Assembly (NCBI GenBank): GCA_963827235.1
Contig: CAWHAE010000009.1
Span: 1,056,001-1,120,000, forward strand
DNA from: an uncultured bacterium
Lineage (GTDB): Bacteria; Chloroflexota; UBA5177; JANWHV01
DNA length: 64,000 bases
Reading direction: 5' to 3'
A program made the translations under genes and the position numbers. Under the pieces are notes generated by a model. The model did no database searches, was not told the origin of the DNA, and saw only the letters and a program-made list of their open reading frames with translations. Below, one piece after another: positions 10,839 through 20,582 of the stretch (positions within the stretch are counted from its first letter, which is position 1; each line of letters opens with the position of its first letter).

Positions 10839-10842
10839 CTGA
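10597..10842 (+). pseudogene. ImmA/IrrE-family C-terminal remnant, copy 2
   Basis: EFQAERYAGELLCP; close paralogue of copy 1, lacking the HExxH half. Confidence 0.55.
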
Positions 10843-11046
10843 AGAACAGGCGGACTTCAATCAATTGGGATCACAGCTGCCGATCCCTGATCTAGGCGAA
10901 CTCTTAGACAGCGAACATCCTGCCGTCATGTTTCTGTCACGGAATGCGCACACGCGAGCCTTAGGATGAGGATGCAGGCTGATCAAGCAGCAGACCATGC
11001 GCGGATCACGCGCGACGCCACACGGAAGCAGAAAGACGAAGACAAT

Positions 11047-12186
11047 ATGGAGCCAAACGAGGACACACCGACGCAGCCGCAGCTGCCCAACACGACGCAC
11101 CGCCCATCGAGAAGGCGACGGTGGCAGGTGGCCGGAGCCGCCGTGTTGATCGGCGGGCTCGCCGCCGGCACGTTCGCGCTCAATCAGGGTGGGCAAAGCT
11201 CCGTAGCCAACGCCAGCGCGAACGGTGGCGTTGTCGCATCGCAAGTCTCTAGCCAAGCCCAGACGACGCCGATGCCAGGCACGAACCAAGGGCCAGGCGG
11301 CAGGGGCGGCTTCGGCAACATGGGCGGGCACGGCTTCGGCCAGGGCGGCATGGGCGGCTTTGGGCCGGGCGACATGAGTGGACGGTTCGGGGCGAGTCTG
11401 ACCGTCACCAGCGTGAACACGAGCACGACCCCGAACACAATCGCGGCGACCGGCCGCGGCAACCAAACCATCACCATCACCGTCGCCAGCACCACGACGT
11501 ACACCATGGCCGGTGCACCGATCGCGCTCGCCGGCATTGACACCGGCGCTCAGATCTCCGTGCAAGGCAAAGGGACATCGCGTACGGCGATAGCCGCCAC
11601 CAGCGTCGAGGTCATCCTGCCCTCGGAGCGCGGCGTGGTGAGCGACGTGAGCGGCTCGACACTCACAGTAACCGGATTCGACGGGCGCGCGTATGTCGTG
11701 ACCGTGGGCACGAGCACGCGCTATCAGAAGGCCGGACAGAGTGCGGCGGTGTCCGATGTCGCGAACGGCACGGCGATCCAGGCTGAAGGCACGCTGAATT
11801 CCGACGGCTCTATGAGCGCGCTGCTGGTCACCATTCAGACACCGCGCCTGTCGGGACAGGTCACGGCCGTGTCCGGGACCAGCGGATCGTATTCCTTCAC
11901 CATAGCGGCACGTCAGGGAGCCGCGTCCCAGACCGTCACCACAACCTCGGGCACGCTCTTCGTCGATCTGTCGGGCGCTGCCGTACAACCTTCCAGCATC
12001 ACGACAGGAACGCGGATGACCGCCGAAGGTAGCCTGAGCGCCGACGGCAAGACCATGACAGCACTGCGCATCACGATCCTGCCGACCGGCAACGGTCCTC
12101 GCGGCCAATTCCACCGTGGCAACACAGCCGGCCCGGCTGCAACCGGAACCCCCGGCACTGCATCAGCAACGGGACCTGGAGTCTGA
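11047..12186 (+). CDS. DUF5666-repeat membrane-anchored protein
   Basis: TM helix, Gly-rich linker, three OB-like repeats (GVVSDVSGSTLTV...STRYQK...AEGTLNSDGS). Confidence 0.75.
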   Translation: MEPNEDTPTQPQLPNTTHRPSRRRRWQVAGAAVLIGGLAAGTFALNQGGQSSVANASANGGVVASQVSSQAQTTPMPGTNQGPGGRGGFGNMGGHGFGQGGMGGFGPGDMSGRFGASLTVTSVNTSTTPNTIAATGRGNQTITITVASTTTYTMAGAPIALAGIDTGAQISVQGKGTSRTAIAATSVEVILPSERGVVSDVSGSTLTVTGFDGRAYVVTVGTSTRYQKAGQSAAVSDVANGTAIQAEGTLNSDGSMSALLVTIQTPRLSGQVTAVSGTSGSYSFTIAARQGAASQTVTTTSGTLFVDLSGAAVQPSSITTGTRMTAEGSLSADGKTMTALRITILPTGNGPRGQFHRGNTAGPAATGTPGTASATGPGV

Positions 12187-12274
12187 TTGACGGGAATCGA
12201 ACGGAGCCTGTCCGGAGCGAGTTCTGAGCCCGTGGCGGCCTAGCCGAAGGGCACGGTTCGCCGCAATGGACCAA

Positions 12275-12318
12275 CACAGGAGAAGGCAGAGCGGATTTCC
12301 GCTCTGCCTTCTCCTGTG
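12275..12318. terminator. Perfect 20-bp hairpin, probable bidirectional terminator
   Basis: CACAGGAGAAGGCAGAGCGG-ATTT-CCGCTCTGCCTTCTCCTGTG between convergent genes. Confidence 0.8.
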
Positions 12319-12602
12319 CTTCGACGAATGACGGCATTTCCGCCGCTGCACGGACCATGCTGCAGAATCGTGCAGCAGTCAACCAACTAGTTCCGCAGCG
12401 ACAGTAACACCATCAAGTCGGCCGCTTTGTTCTAGTTCGTGGGTACGGGACAAGGACCCGCAACCTGCACGACGGGCGACTTGTCCGTCTTCGGATTGCG
12501 CAGCTGGCGATCGCGCGCGGCCATGACATCATCACGCGCGTACCAGCAGCGCTTGTCGCCTACGGATGCCACGGGGGCGAGTGTATCGGGCTGCCGGGCA
12601 AC

Positions 12603-15600
12603 CTACACACTACCGACACGCGGCATTATGCGAGAGACGCCGTCAGTCTTCTGAATGTGATAGCCATTCGGGAACGCCGTCTGAAAGTCTTCTTGGTGGG
12701 AAACTAATATCACCCGGTCGAGCACGCCTTCCAGGCTCTTGAGCTGCGCGATCATCTCCCTGCGGCCGTCCTCGTCCAGGCCGCCAAACCCCTCATCGAT
12801 CAGGACCGATCTGATGTCTCGGGAACCGCCGCCGGAATACTGGCCGATCGCCAATGCTAACGCGACAGCGACCCGAAACTGCTGACTACCCGAGATGCAG
12901 GACGCGTCCATGGGTTCTTGTCCCGACGACAGGTCGGTGACACGGAGTTCTAGTTCGTCGCCCACTGGTTGAACGGTGAGCGTCAACATACCGTCCGACA
13001 TGCTGCGAAGGTACTCGTTGGCAGCGTCCCCGATGACGAGCTGCGCTTCCTGGATGATCCAGGCCTGTAGATTGGACCGGCCAAAGTAGTTGGCTAAGAG
13101 CTTCAGGTCCGCCGCGCGCGCGCCCACTTTCCTGCACTGCGATTCCAACGCCGCCCGTCTGGCCAATGCCTCCGAAATGCTCGTAACCTTCGCGTTCGCC
13201 GCGCCGAGATTCGTGCTAGCCTCGTCCCTGGCAGACCGCGCGTCCGCCAGGCGGCTCTGCGCAGCTTCCACGGCAATGCGGTCGTCCTCCGGAATCGTCT
13301 CGATGCTCGCCAACAGCTGTTCCTGGCTGGCGCTCAGATCGCCGGCAACGCGCCTTGCCTCGTCCAGCCCTGCCTTCCGATCTGACGCGCCAACCAGTTC
13401 CTCCTCGCGCAAGAGCAAGAGATCGAGAGCCGCCGCTTCGGTCGGGGCCACGGCGAGCCAGTCGAGGTCGAGCGTCTTGCTCCACTCGTCAGCGGCGCTT
13501 TCGCTGGCCGCAGCGCGGTCCTCCGCCTGCGACGCCTGCGTCAGGTACTGTTCTCGGAAAGCCTTGCCATCCTTCGCCGCCAAAGCGCTGGCCGCCGCAT
13601 TGGGCTTGGCGGTATCCCACCTCTCCCACGCCTTCTGCTCGGGATCCTCAAGGGTCGCCCGGCGTTCGCAGGCTGCTTGGTAGGCGAGAAGCTGGGCTGG
13701 GAGATCCACCCCAGCATGAAGATTCTGCAATTCCTGAACGCGCTGGCAGGCCCGGCTCCGGTGCCCTTCGAACACATCTGATTGCGCCCGCAGGTTATCC
13801 AGCCTCTGGCGCTCTTCGCGCGCCGCCTCGAGCTGGCTGGCAAGACCCTGAGCGTCATCCACCGCGGCCTGGGAAGGATATGCCTCATCCTGCGCTCGGC
13901 TCCGGTACGGTTCGGGGAGCCCTGCGGCCAGAGTTCCACAAAGTCGGCAGGCCTCCTCGAGCCGCGTCTTGAGGTCGCGCGCGGAGTTCCCTAACTGAAC
14001 GAGCGTGGCTTCGCCGCGATCGCGTTCCGCGGCCTTGTCGTTCTTAGCACGTAGACACTCGGATTCCTTGTCATCGGCATCCCGCTTCGCCGTTCGAACT
14101 TCCTGCTCCTCAGCTTGGAAGCGGGCAAGGCGATCGCTGGCCTCCGCGATCTCCCGCGCGATATGCGCGGCATCGACGCGCTGGCCGCAGCGGCTGCACG
14201 TGCCTTCGGACGCTGCATCTTGCCGCGTGGTCAGTTCTGTCCCCGCCGCGTCTGCTCGTTGCTCCGCAACGGCGAGGTCTCGTGTTAGCCGAACGACCTC
14301 GTCCGCAGCGTTCTGGTGCGCGACATCAGCGTCCAGCGCCTGCCGCCGCAGGAGTTCCACGGCTTGCAGTTGCGCAGGGAACGCCACCTGCACTTCGCCA
14401 AGTTGCCGCTGCAACCCGCTGGCGAGCGCACGCTGATCCTTTAGAGATCTCAGGCTCGCAAGGGCGCGATCGGCGGCATCGCACAGCTGCTCGTATCGAA
14501 CGGACTCAGGCCGCTGCGACAGATCCGCGGACAAGCTGGCGATATCTCTGGTCGCTGAAGCGGCCGTAGTCTGCTCGTCGTCGAGTTCCCGGGCGGCGGC
14601 AGCGACGGGTGCGAGGTCCTCCGCCTCACGAGCGGCCTGGAGCCGGGCTCGTCTCGCCGAATCGTACTGCGATGCCGCGTCGCGCTCTGCCGCTTCGGCG
14701 AGCGATGCAGCCTCCTCCAAGGCATCGACGTCGATGCCATCGGCTTTCAGATGCCACGAGATCGCGGCCTCGCGCTCGTTCGATACCGTGCGCCTATACC
14801 CGACGATTCGAGTCAGTACCGGAACCGATTGGTTCAGCCGCTCGTACTCAGCGGCATTCCGCTCGATGTCGTCGGCCCGAGCAAGAAGAGCGGAAACCGG
14901 AACCAGCTTCGCGCGAACGGTCAGCAGCGCGTCACTGGCCCGCACGAAGGACTCGGCGTTCTTCAGAGAGCCCGCAGCCCGCTCGACGACGAGATTACAG
15001 TGGTCGAGAGCAATCTTCTGGTCCTCGGCGGCCTTGCGCGCGGCGTCGAGCGCTTCGCCGGTAGCCCCTGCGAGCGGCTCGAAATCTCGCTCTATGCCTT
15101 TGAGCTGCTGGTCGCTCGTTCTGGCGCGCTCCTTGGCCACAGTTTCCAGCACCTTGTACTCTTCGAGGTCCAGCAACTGCAGGAGAATGTCCTGGCGGTC
15201 GCGCGGCTTTGCCAAGATAAAGGCGTCGGCGCGACCTTGCTGCAGCAAGACGGACGCCGTGAAGGCCTTGCAGGTGAGGCCGATCTCGCGCTGCACCCAC
15301 TCCTTCAAAGCGTCTTCGTCCGCCGTGTGCGCGACGACCTCATACTCGGCAGCAGAGTCGCCCACGCGGCTGACGACGCGCCGCGCCAAACACGTCCGCT
15401 CGTAGGTAGACTCCCCGCGTCGATGGGCGCGACGGCTGACCGTTCGCTCCACCTGGTAGACGTTCGGGCCGACGGAGAACTCGAACACGACGCTCGCTCT
15501 GTCTTTTCCCTGGCTGATCACCTGTTCGTTGTGGTAGATGCCACCGCGATGCTCGCCGTAGAGCGCGAACACCATCGCTTCGAACACCGTCGACTTGCCG

Positions 15601-15707
15601 GACCCGTTCTTGCCCGTGATCGCCCAGAGCGCCTCACCCTCGAAGGCAAAAGCGGTCTTCTCGCGAAACGTGCGGAAGCCTTCCAGCTCAATGCGCAGCG
15701 GCAACAC
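12603..15707 (-). CDS. sbcC: SbcC/Rad50 SMC-family ATPase
   Basis: Walker A GKNGSGKST, Q-loop LLQQG, long coiled coil, zinc hook CSRCG, signature ISGSQQ, IDEGFGGLD. Confidence 0.95.
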   Translation of the reverse strand: MLPLRIELEGFRTFREKTAFAFEGEALWAITGKNGSGKSTVFEAMVFALYGEHRGGIYHNEQVISQGKDRASVVFEFSVGPNVYQVERTVSRRAHRRGESTYERTCLARRVVSRVGDSAAEYEVVAHTADEDALKEWVQREIGLTCKAFTASVLLQQGRADAFILAKPRDRQDILLQLLDLEEYKVLETVAKERARTSDQQLKGIERDFEPLAGATGEALDAARKAAEDQKIALDHCNLVVERAAGSLKNAESFVRASDALLTVRAKLVPVSALLARADDIERNAAEYERLNQSVPVLTRIVGYRRTVSNEREAAISWHLKADGIDVDALEEAASLAEAAERDAASQYDSARRARLQAAREAEDLAPVAAAARELDDEQTTAASATRDIASLSADLSQRPESVRYEQLCDAADRALASLRSLKDQRALASGLQRQLGEVQVAFPAQLQAVELLRRQALDADVAHQNAADEVVRLTRDLAVAEQRADAAGTELTTRQDAASEGTCSRCGQRVDAAHIAREIAEASDRLARFQAEEQEVRTAKRDADDKESECLRAKNDKAAERDRGEATLVQLGNSARDLKTRLEEACRLCGTLAAGLPEPYRSRAQDEAYPSQAAVDDAQGLASQLEAAREERQRLDNLRAQSDVFEGHRSRACQRVQELQNLHAGVDLPAQLLAYQAACERRATLEDPEQKAWERWDTAKPNAAASALAAKDGKAFREQYLTQASQAEDRAAASESAADEWSKTLDLDWLAVAPTEAAALDLLLLREEELVGASDRKAGLDEARRVAGDLSASQEQLLASIETIPEDDRIAVEAAQSRLADARSARDEASTNLGAANAKVTSISEALARRAALESQCRKVGARAADLKLLANYFGRSNLQAWIIQEAQLVIGDAANEYLRSMSDGMLTLTVQPVGDELELRVTDLSSGQEPMDASCISGSQQFRVAVALALAIGQYSGGGSRDIRSVLIDEGFGGLDEDGRREMIAQLKSLEGVLDRVILVSHQEDFQTAFPNGYHIQKTDGVSRIMPRVGSV

Positions 15708-16890
15708 GGTGCACCTCCTCGACGAGTTCGTCGGCCAACTCGATCAGTCGCCGCTTGTCCTGCTCAGGCCGATCCTCCAACTTCCGCTCCAGAAACGCTC
15801 GCACGGTAGTGCCGACGTCGCGCGGATTGCCGACGACGACGCCTGTCCCGCCCCCTTCTGCGAAGGCGCGAACTTCCTGGCGATAGCAGCGTGGAAAGAT
15901 CGCGTGCATGCTGCGCACCAAAGCCAGGGGGTTGTCCAAACCGGGCCGATACGAAATCTTGAGATGCACGAGCGCTTCGTTGTGGTCGCGGTAGCGCTCG
16001 ATCAACGCTTCCATGTTCGTTTCTGCGTCCGCCGAAACGGTGTAGATCGCCGTGGCCTGCAGAGGCAGCAAGACCGGCGCGCTCAACTCACCGGTCCTGG
16101 CTATCTCGACAAACGTGCACGACTTCTCGTCGTCGGCCTCGCCGACGTCGCATCGCTCGATGCTGCCGGCATAGCGCATTTCAGAACGATCGCCGACAGC
16201 CTGAGCCATGTGAATGTGCCCGAGCGCGACGTACGACCACGGCGGGATGTCCGCCGGTTCTATGGGAATGTCCTCGGCCTCGCTGAGACGGTTATGCGAC
16301 GACGTCTCGGCCGTGCGCACGTAGACGTGCGACACGAGCACCGAGGGCATCGAGCGGACGATCGCACGCTGCGCCGCGGCAATCCGGGCGGCGAACGCGC
16401 GGCCCAAGACCTGATTCCGCTCTGCCTTTGAGAGGCCGCGCGTGCTCTCGCCGGTCGGCATATAGCGATGCACGGCAGGATATGGGGCGCACACGAACTG
16501 CACTCCGAATCCGCCGGAAACATCCTGCAACACGATCGTCTGGGGCTGCGTGATGAAGCGCACCCGCTGCCGCGCCCGGTCGTCGGACATGCCCTGAAGC
16601 GTATCAACGAGGCGAAACAGATGTTCCCGATCGTGGTTGCCCGGGATGAAGAGAACCTGCATCCCCCGCTTCAACTGGGAGTCGAGCCGGCGGGCGACCT
16701 CACGAACCAGCTCCGCGAGGTCCTCCACGCCGCACTGCTCGATCACGTCGCCAGCCACGACCATGACGTCGACCCGATAATCCTCACAGTACTGCACGAC
16801 GCGTTCGAGAGAGCGAAGCTGATCGTCGCGGCGATCGATGGAGCCGAGCTTATCGCCCAAGTGCCAGTCCGCAGTGTGCAGCACTCTCAT
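15688..16890 (-). CDS. sbcD: SbcD/Mre11 metallophosphoesterase nuclease
   Basis: HTADWHLG, AGD, GNHD, GHIH, YAGS motifs; overlaps sbcC. Confidence 0.95.
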   Translation of the reverse strand: MRVLHTADWHLGDKLGSIDRRDDQLRSLERVVQYCEDYRVDVMVVAGDVIEQCGVEDLAELVREVARRLDSQLKRGMQVLFIPGNHDREHLFRLVDTLQGMSDDRARQRVRFITQPQTIVLQDVSGGFGVQFVCAPYPAVHRYMPTGESTRGLSKAERNQVLGRAFAARIAAAQRAIVRSMPSVLVSHVYVRTAETSSHNRLSEAEDIPIEPADIPPWSYVALGHIHMAQAVGDRSEMRYAGSIERCDVGEADDEKSCTFVEIARTGELSAPVLLPLQATAIYTVSADAETNMEALIERYRDHNEALVHLKISYRPGLDNPLALVRSMHAIFPRCYRQEVRAFAEGGGTGVVVGNPRDVGTTVRAFLERKLEDRPEQDKRRLIELADELVEEVHRVAAAH

Positions 16891-18659
16891 CGTTCGAATT
16901 CCTCCCGCCGATCGAAATCTCCGGCGTCAGCGGCAAGATCGGCTTCGGCTCTCCGCATCGCCCAGTACGGAAACGGCACGCGAACCTGCATGGGCTCGCG
17001 AAGGTTAACCTGGCACACCAGCTTCTCGTCCGCTTGCAGGTTCTGCGCACGCCGTTTGGCCGCCGCGCTCAGAAACCCCCACAGCGGCTGGCTCAACTCG
17101 AGCGAGCCCGTGCGGCCCAAAGCGCGAATGGACGAGTTTTCAATCACGCGCGGCGATACCTGGCTTGCCTGCTGCTGCGCGCCAAACAGCACGATGCCCT
17201 GGCTGCGCATTTCGGCCACGACCTTCTCGATCAGGCGCGTGATGGGATCGGAAGCGCCTTTCGGTGCCCATCTGTTCAACTCGTCGATGACGAGCACGTA
17301 GGCCAGGTTTGGAACGGCGTTGGTTCCCGTCCGAGCGATCATCACCTGCGAGAAAATGGCCGCCACGATGAACCGCTGAATAGCCTGGTCGCGCACGGAC
17401 GAGATGTCGACCACGATCGGGGCGGTGGTCTGGGCTGCCGTCACTCTCAACGGCCGGCCTTCGTTGCCGAAGCGCGAGAGGACGCCGTCGCCTTCCTGCA
17501 CGACGCGGCGAAGCCGGCGGTAGAACTTCCGCCAGGTGCCCGGAGCGTGATTGCGAACGAGGCGGTTGCCGTCCGGCAGCGCTATCTGTCCGGCGATCCA
17601 CTCAAGGAGTTCCTGAAAGTTGGCAGCCACATCGCGCCTGAGCGAGCGGCGGGACTCGTTGCCGACGAACTCCTCGTTGGTAATCGTGGCTTCGATGTCC
17701 ATGAGAATGCCGAGGAAGTTTTCGTCTTCCCGGTCTTCGTCGCCGAACAGGTATGGAAACAAACCCAACTCGATGACGTCGCCGAGGCTCCAGCTGTACC
17801 GCTCCGCGGGTCGGCCAATGGGGACCGCGACACCGGCGCGGCGCTGTTCGGGCGCTAAGAATCGCGCATCGGCAAACGCGGACGGGCTGCTGGCACCGAG
17901 TTCTCGCCAGACCGCGGCATCCCTCTCCGGTCGATAGCGCGTGTTCAAGTAGTCCAGCCACATCAGGTCGTAGCCTTTGACGTTGAGCACGATTGGCACC
18001 ACGCGCAGCGTATCTTGCGCGGATGGGTTTTCCCGGGCATAGGCGCGGGATTGTTCGAGCAGCTGAAAGAGCACCGACATGAGGAAGCTCGACTTGGTGG
18101 CCGCGCCGGCTACGCCGTTGACGTTGAGGTGCGCGCCGTTCGCGCCGAGCAGGTAGTCGAGGTCGATGTAGGCCGGGCCCGCGTTCGCGCTGCCGCCGTT
18201 CTCGAGCAACCCGATGGCGAGAGACTGCCCCATCTGCTCGACCCCGTACGCCAGGCGCGCTTCCCGCGGGCCGGACAGCCACACGAAGCTCTCTTCGCGG
18301 GGCGGAGACAGCACCGGCGGCTCGGCCCGAAGGATCTTGGCCTTGGCGTAGGTGACGCCTTGGCTGTCGAGCGACACGCGGGCGTTCGGGTCGCTTCCAA
18401 AGCGGTCTGCCTCTTCGAGAATGGTCCGCCGGCGGCTGCGCCGGTAGACCTCGTCGACGACGGCGTGGAACGTAGTCAGCCGGTCGTCGTACGTGCTCTG
18501 CGCGTAGACGATCTGCGTCTTCTCGACCAGCACGTCGTCGGCAACCCAGAAAGTGAATTCCTCGCTCGTCGCCTCGTCGCCTTCGGGCGAGGCAACCTTG
18601 CCGAGCAGGCGGACGGAACCCGGCTGCGGAACAGATGGCGGCGTCGACTCTTCGTCCAC
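16887..18659 (-). CDS. herA: HerA-family ATPase/helicase
   Basis: HAS-barrel-like N-terminus, divergent Walker A HLNVNGVAGAATKSS, IDELN, RSQGIVLFGAQQ; lies between nurA and sbcD. Confidence 0.85.
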   Translation of the reverse strand: MDEESTPPSVPQPGSVRLLGKVASPEGDEATSEEFTFWVADDVLVEKTQIVYAQSTYDDRLTTFHAVVDEVYRRSRRRTILEEADRFGSDPNARVSLDSQGVTYAKAKILRAEPPVLSPPREESFVWLSGPREARLAYGVEQMGQSLAIGLLENGGSANAGPAYIDLDYLLGANGAHLNVNGVAGAATKSSFLMSVLFQLLEQSRAYARENPSAQDTLRVVPIVLNVKGYDLMWLDYLNTRYRPERDAAVWRELGASSPSAFADARFLAPEQRRAGVAVPIGRPAERYSWSLGDVIELGLFPYLFGDEDREDENFLGILMDIEATITNEEFVGNESRRSLRRDVAANFQELLEWIAGQIALPDGNRLVRNHAPGTWRKFYRRLRRVVQEGDGVLSRFGNEGRPLRVTAAQTTAPIVVDISSVRDQAIQRFIVAAIFSQVMIARTGTNAVPNLAYVLVIDELNRWAPKGASDPITRLIEKVVAEMRSQGIVLFGAQQQASQVSPRVIENSSIRALGRTGSLELSQPLWGFLSAAAKRRAQNLQADEKLVCQVNLREPMQVRVPFPYWAMRRAEADLAADAGDFDRREEFER

Positions 18660-18672
18660 TATTCTTTCTCCT

Positions 18673-19740
18673 CTACACGAGTTCGGCTGCTATCGCGAAA
18701 CGGCCAATCGCGGCATCGAGGCTGGGACGGAGAGCGCGGAGGTGGTCCTCAACGCGCACGATCGGCTCGAGCGAGACCGGCATGCGTTGATACGAGCGGT
18801 CGCGGCAGCGCACGTCGTAGAGCCAGCCCGAGATCCGGTCGATCGCAGAGAAATCCTTGCCCAGCGAGTTTTCGAAGTACGCCTTGCTCACCGCGACGCG
18901 CACCACCCCCCAGCTGGGGGCGATGCCGGACTCGCCGTGCAGCCTGAGAAACCAACTGACGACGGGCTCGAACTCGTAGGGTTGCGGGCGCGTCTGGAGC
19001 ACGATGGCCGGGGTGCGCTCCCCCGAGCGAAGGGCATACACGAGGTTGATGCCGGCCTGGTGCAGGTGGTTGCGAATGCGCAGCAACCGCTTGACGACGG
19101 CCACGACGGGCACGTTCCAATCGCTCAGACCCTGCAAGCGATCCTCGAGAAGACCGTCCACGACCGTAGGCGTCTCCAAAGCGCTGAGCACGAGGCTCTG
19201 CTCCGCTTTGAGCATCTCGTCGCGCGCGCCGTCGTACGTGTGGGTGCGCGCCAACTCGAAGTCGGACGACATGGTACGTGCCTCCAGTTCGAGAAGGCGG
19301 ATGCCAAGCTCGCCGAGGCTATCGCGGATCTGATCGAGGTCGCTGCGCTTGACGCCTTTGCTGATTAAGGCCAGACACGTCTCCAAACGCACGTCCTGTT
19401 CGCGCCGGACAAAGGAAGACCCGACGAGTTCCAGCGCGGCAGCGCCGATGGCGGCCATGAGAAGAGGACGCTGCCTGCCCTGGCCATCCTCGAGCGCCCC
19501 AATGGTCCTCGCCACGATGCTGCCGTCCACAAAGCGACGCGGCGCTAGGGCATCCGGCGGCTGAGAGGGAATCGCGCGCCACCGATCGAGCGGAAGCTCG
19601 TAGTCGCGTTCGACTTCGCCCTCTTCGGGCGAGGCGTCGGTTTCCTCCATCTCATCGCCTGGAAACACGGGAAGAGTCGGGTAGTCGTCGAGGCGACGCG
19701 CTTTATAGCGTGCAAGCACGGCCGCGACTGCATTGGTCAC
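18673..19740 (-). CDS. nurA: NurA-family nuclease
   Basis: RFVDGS and VVDG acidic motifs, C-terminal EPIVRVEDHLR; GTG start after AAGGAGG. Confidence 0.75.
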   Translation of the reverse strand: MTNAVAAVLARYKARRLDDYPTLPVFPGDEMEETDASPEEGEVERDYELPLDRWRAIPSQPPDALAPRRFVDGSIVARTIGALEDGQGRQRPLLMAAIGAAALELVGSSFVRREQDVRLETCLALISKGVKRSDLDQIRDSLGELGIRLLELEARTMSSDFELARTHTYDGARDEMLKAEQSLVLSALETPTVVDGLLEDRLQGLSDWNVPVVAVVKRLLRIRNHLHQAGINLVYALRSGERTPAIVLQTRPQPYEFEPVVSWFLRLHGESGIAPSWGVVRVAVSKAYFENSLGKDFSAIDRISGWLYDVRCRDRSYQRMPVSLEPIVRVEDHLRALRPSLDAAIGRFAIAAELV

Positions 19741-19810
19741 TATTGCCCCTCCTTGTGGAAATACCGTTCCCACTGTACACTTCCAGTGAGTCCATGTCCA
19801 GTGCATTAGG

Positions 19811-19840
19811 TCTTTATAGGGAACTCGTTCGGTATAAAGA
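19811..19840. promoter_or_regulatory. Palindromic operator in the divergent promoter region
   Basis: TCTTTATA-GG-GAAC-TC-GTTC-GG-TATAAAGA. Confidence 0.65.
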
Positions 19841-19856
19841 ACACGCTGGAGCGAGA

Positions 19857-20243
19857 ATGTTCGGGATCGGGGCGCGAATTCGAGAACGGCGAATGGCTCA
19901 AGGGCTCAACCAAAGCCAACTAGCCCGAAAGGCAGGCATCGCAAAGAGCTACCTCAGCAGGCTGGAAACGACCGAGGGCATATCGCCTTCGGTGGCGCTG
20001 GTGCAGCAGATCGCAACGGCCCTGAACGCGAGCTTGGCGGATCTGCTCGGAACAGCCGAGGTGCGACCGGCGAAAGCAGGCTCGATCCCGCCTGCCCTCG
20101 CCCGAGCGAGGGTTCGCTATCGGTTCGCCGACGACGAAGTTGCGCTGCTGCAAGCGATCAGCTACCGAGGCAAGCGACCGGCAACGGAGGACGACTACTT
20201 CTTTCTGCTTCTCGCCATCAAGCACGCTGTAGGCACACCGTGA
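19857..20243 (+). CDS. XRE-family HTH repressor, DdrO-like
   Basis: XRE HTH (SQLARKAGIAKSYLSRLE) plus C-terminal ISYRGKRPATEDDY, resembling Deinococcus DdrO IELRGKRPRDKQDW. Confidence 0.8.
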   Translation: MFGIGARIRERRMAQGLNQSQLARKAGIAKSYLSRLETTEGISPSVALVQQIATALNASLADLLGTAEVRPAKAGSIPPALARARVRYRFADDEVALLQAISYRGKRPATEDDYFFLLLAIKHAVGTP

Positions 20244-20582
20244 TCGCCTAGCACGACTTCTGAATGGTTCGACCGCGCAACACCGGCAACAGGGAGAACC
20301 CGTGCTCAGCGCAATCCACGGGCTCACTGATAATCCTTGGGGACCATAGCAGGGCCGTAGTTCCCGATGAGCCCGAGAGCGCACACGCCAGAAGCAACAA
20401 GCGTGAAAAACGCCCAAGCGAGACAAAGGAGAGACCGAGAGATCCACCGATAGAATTGGCCAGTAGGGCCCTTCTCGAACCTACATTGGCTCGCTATACT
20501 CCCACACGGAACGTCATGCCTACGAACCGGCAAATACGCCACACAACCTACAGAATCAGGCGTAAGCCAGTAGGAGGGACAC

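Noticed and set aside
19821-19830. LexA (GAAC-N4-GTTC) box
   Set aside because: The spacing is N2, not N4; treated as part of the XRE operator instead.
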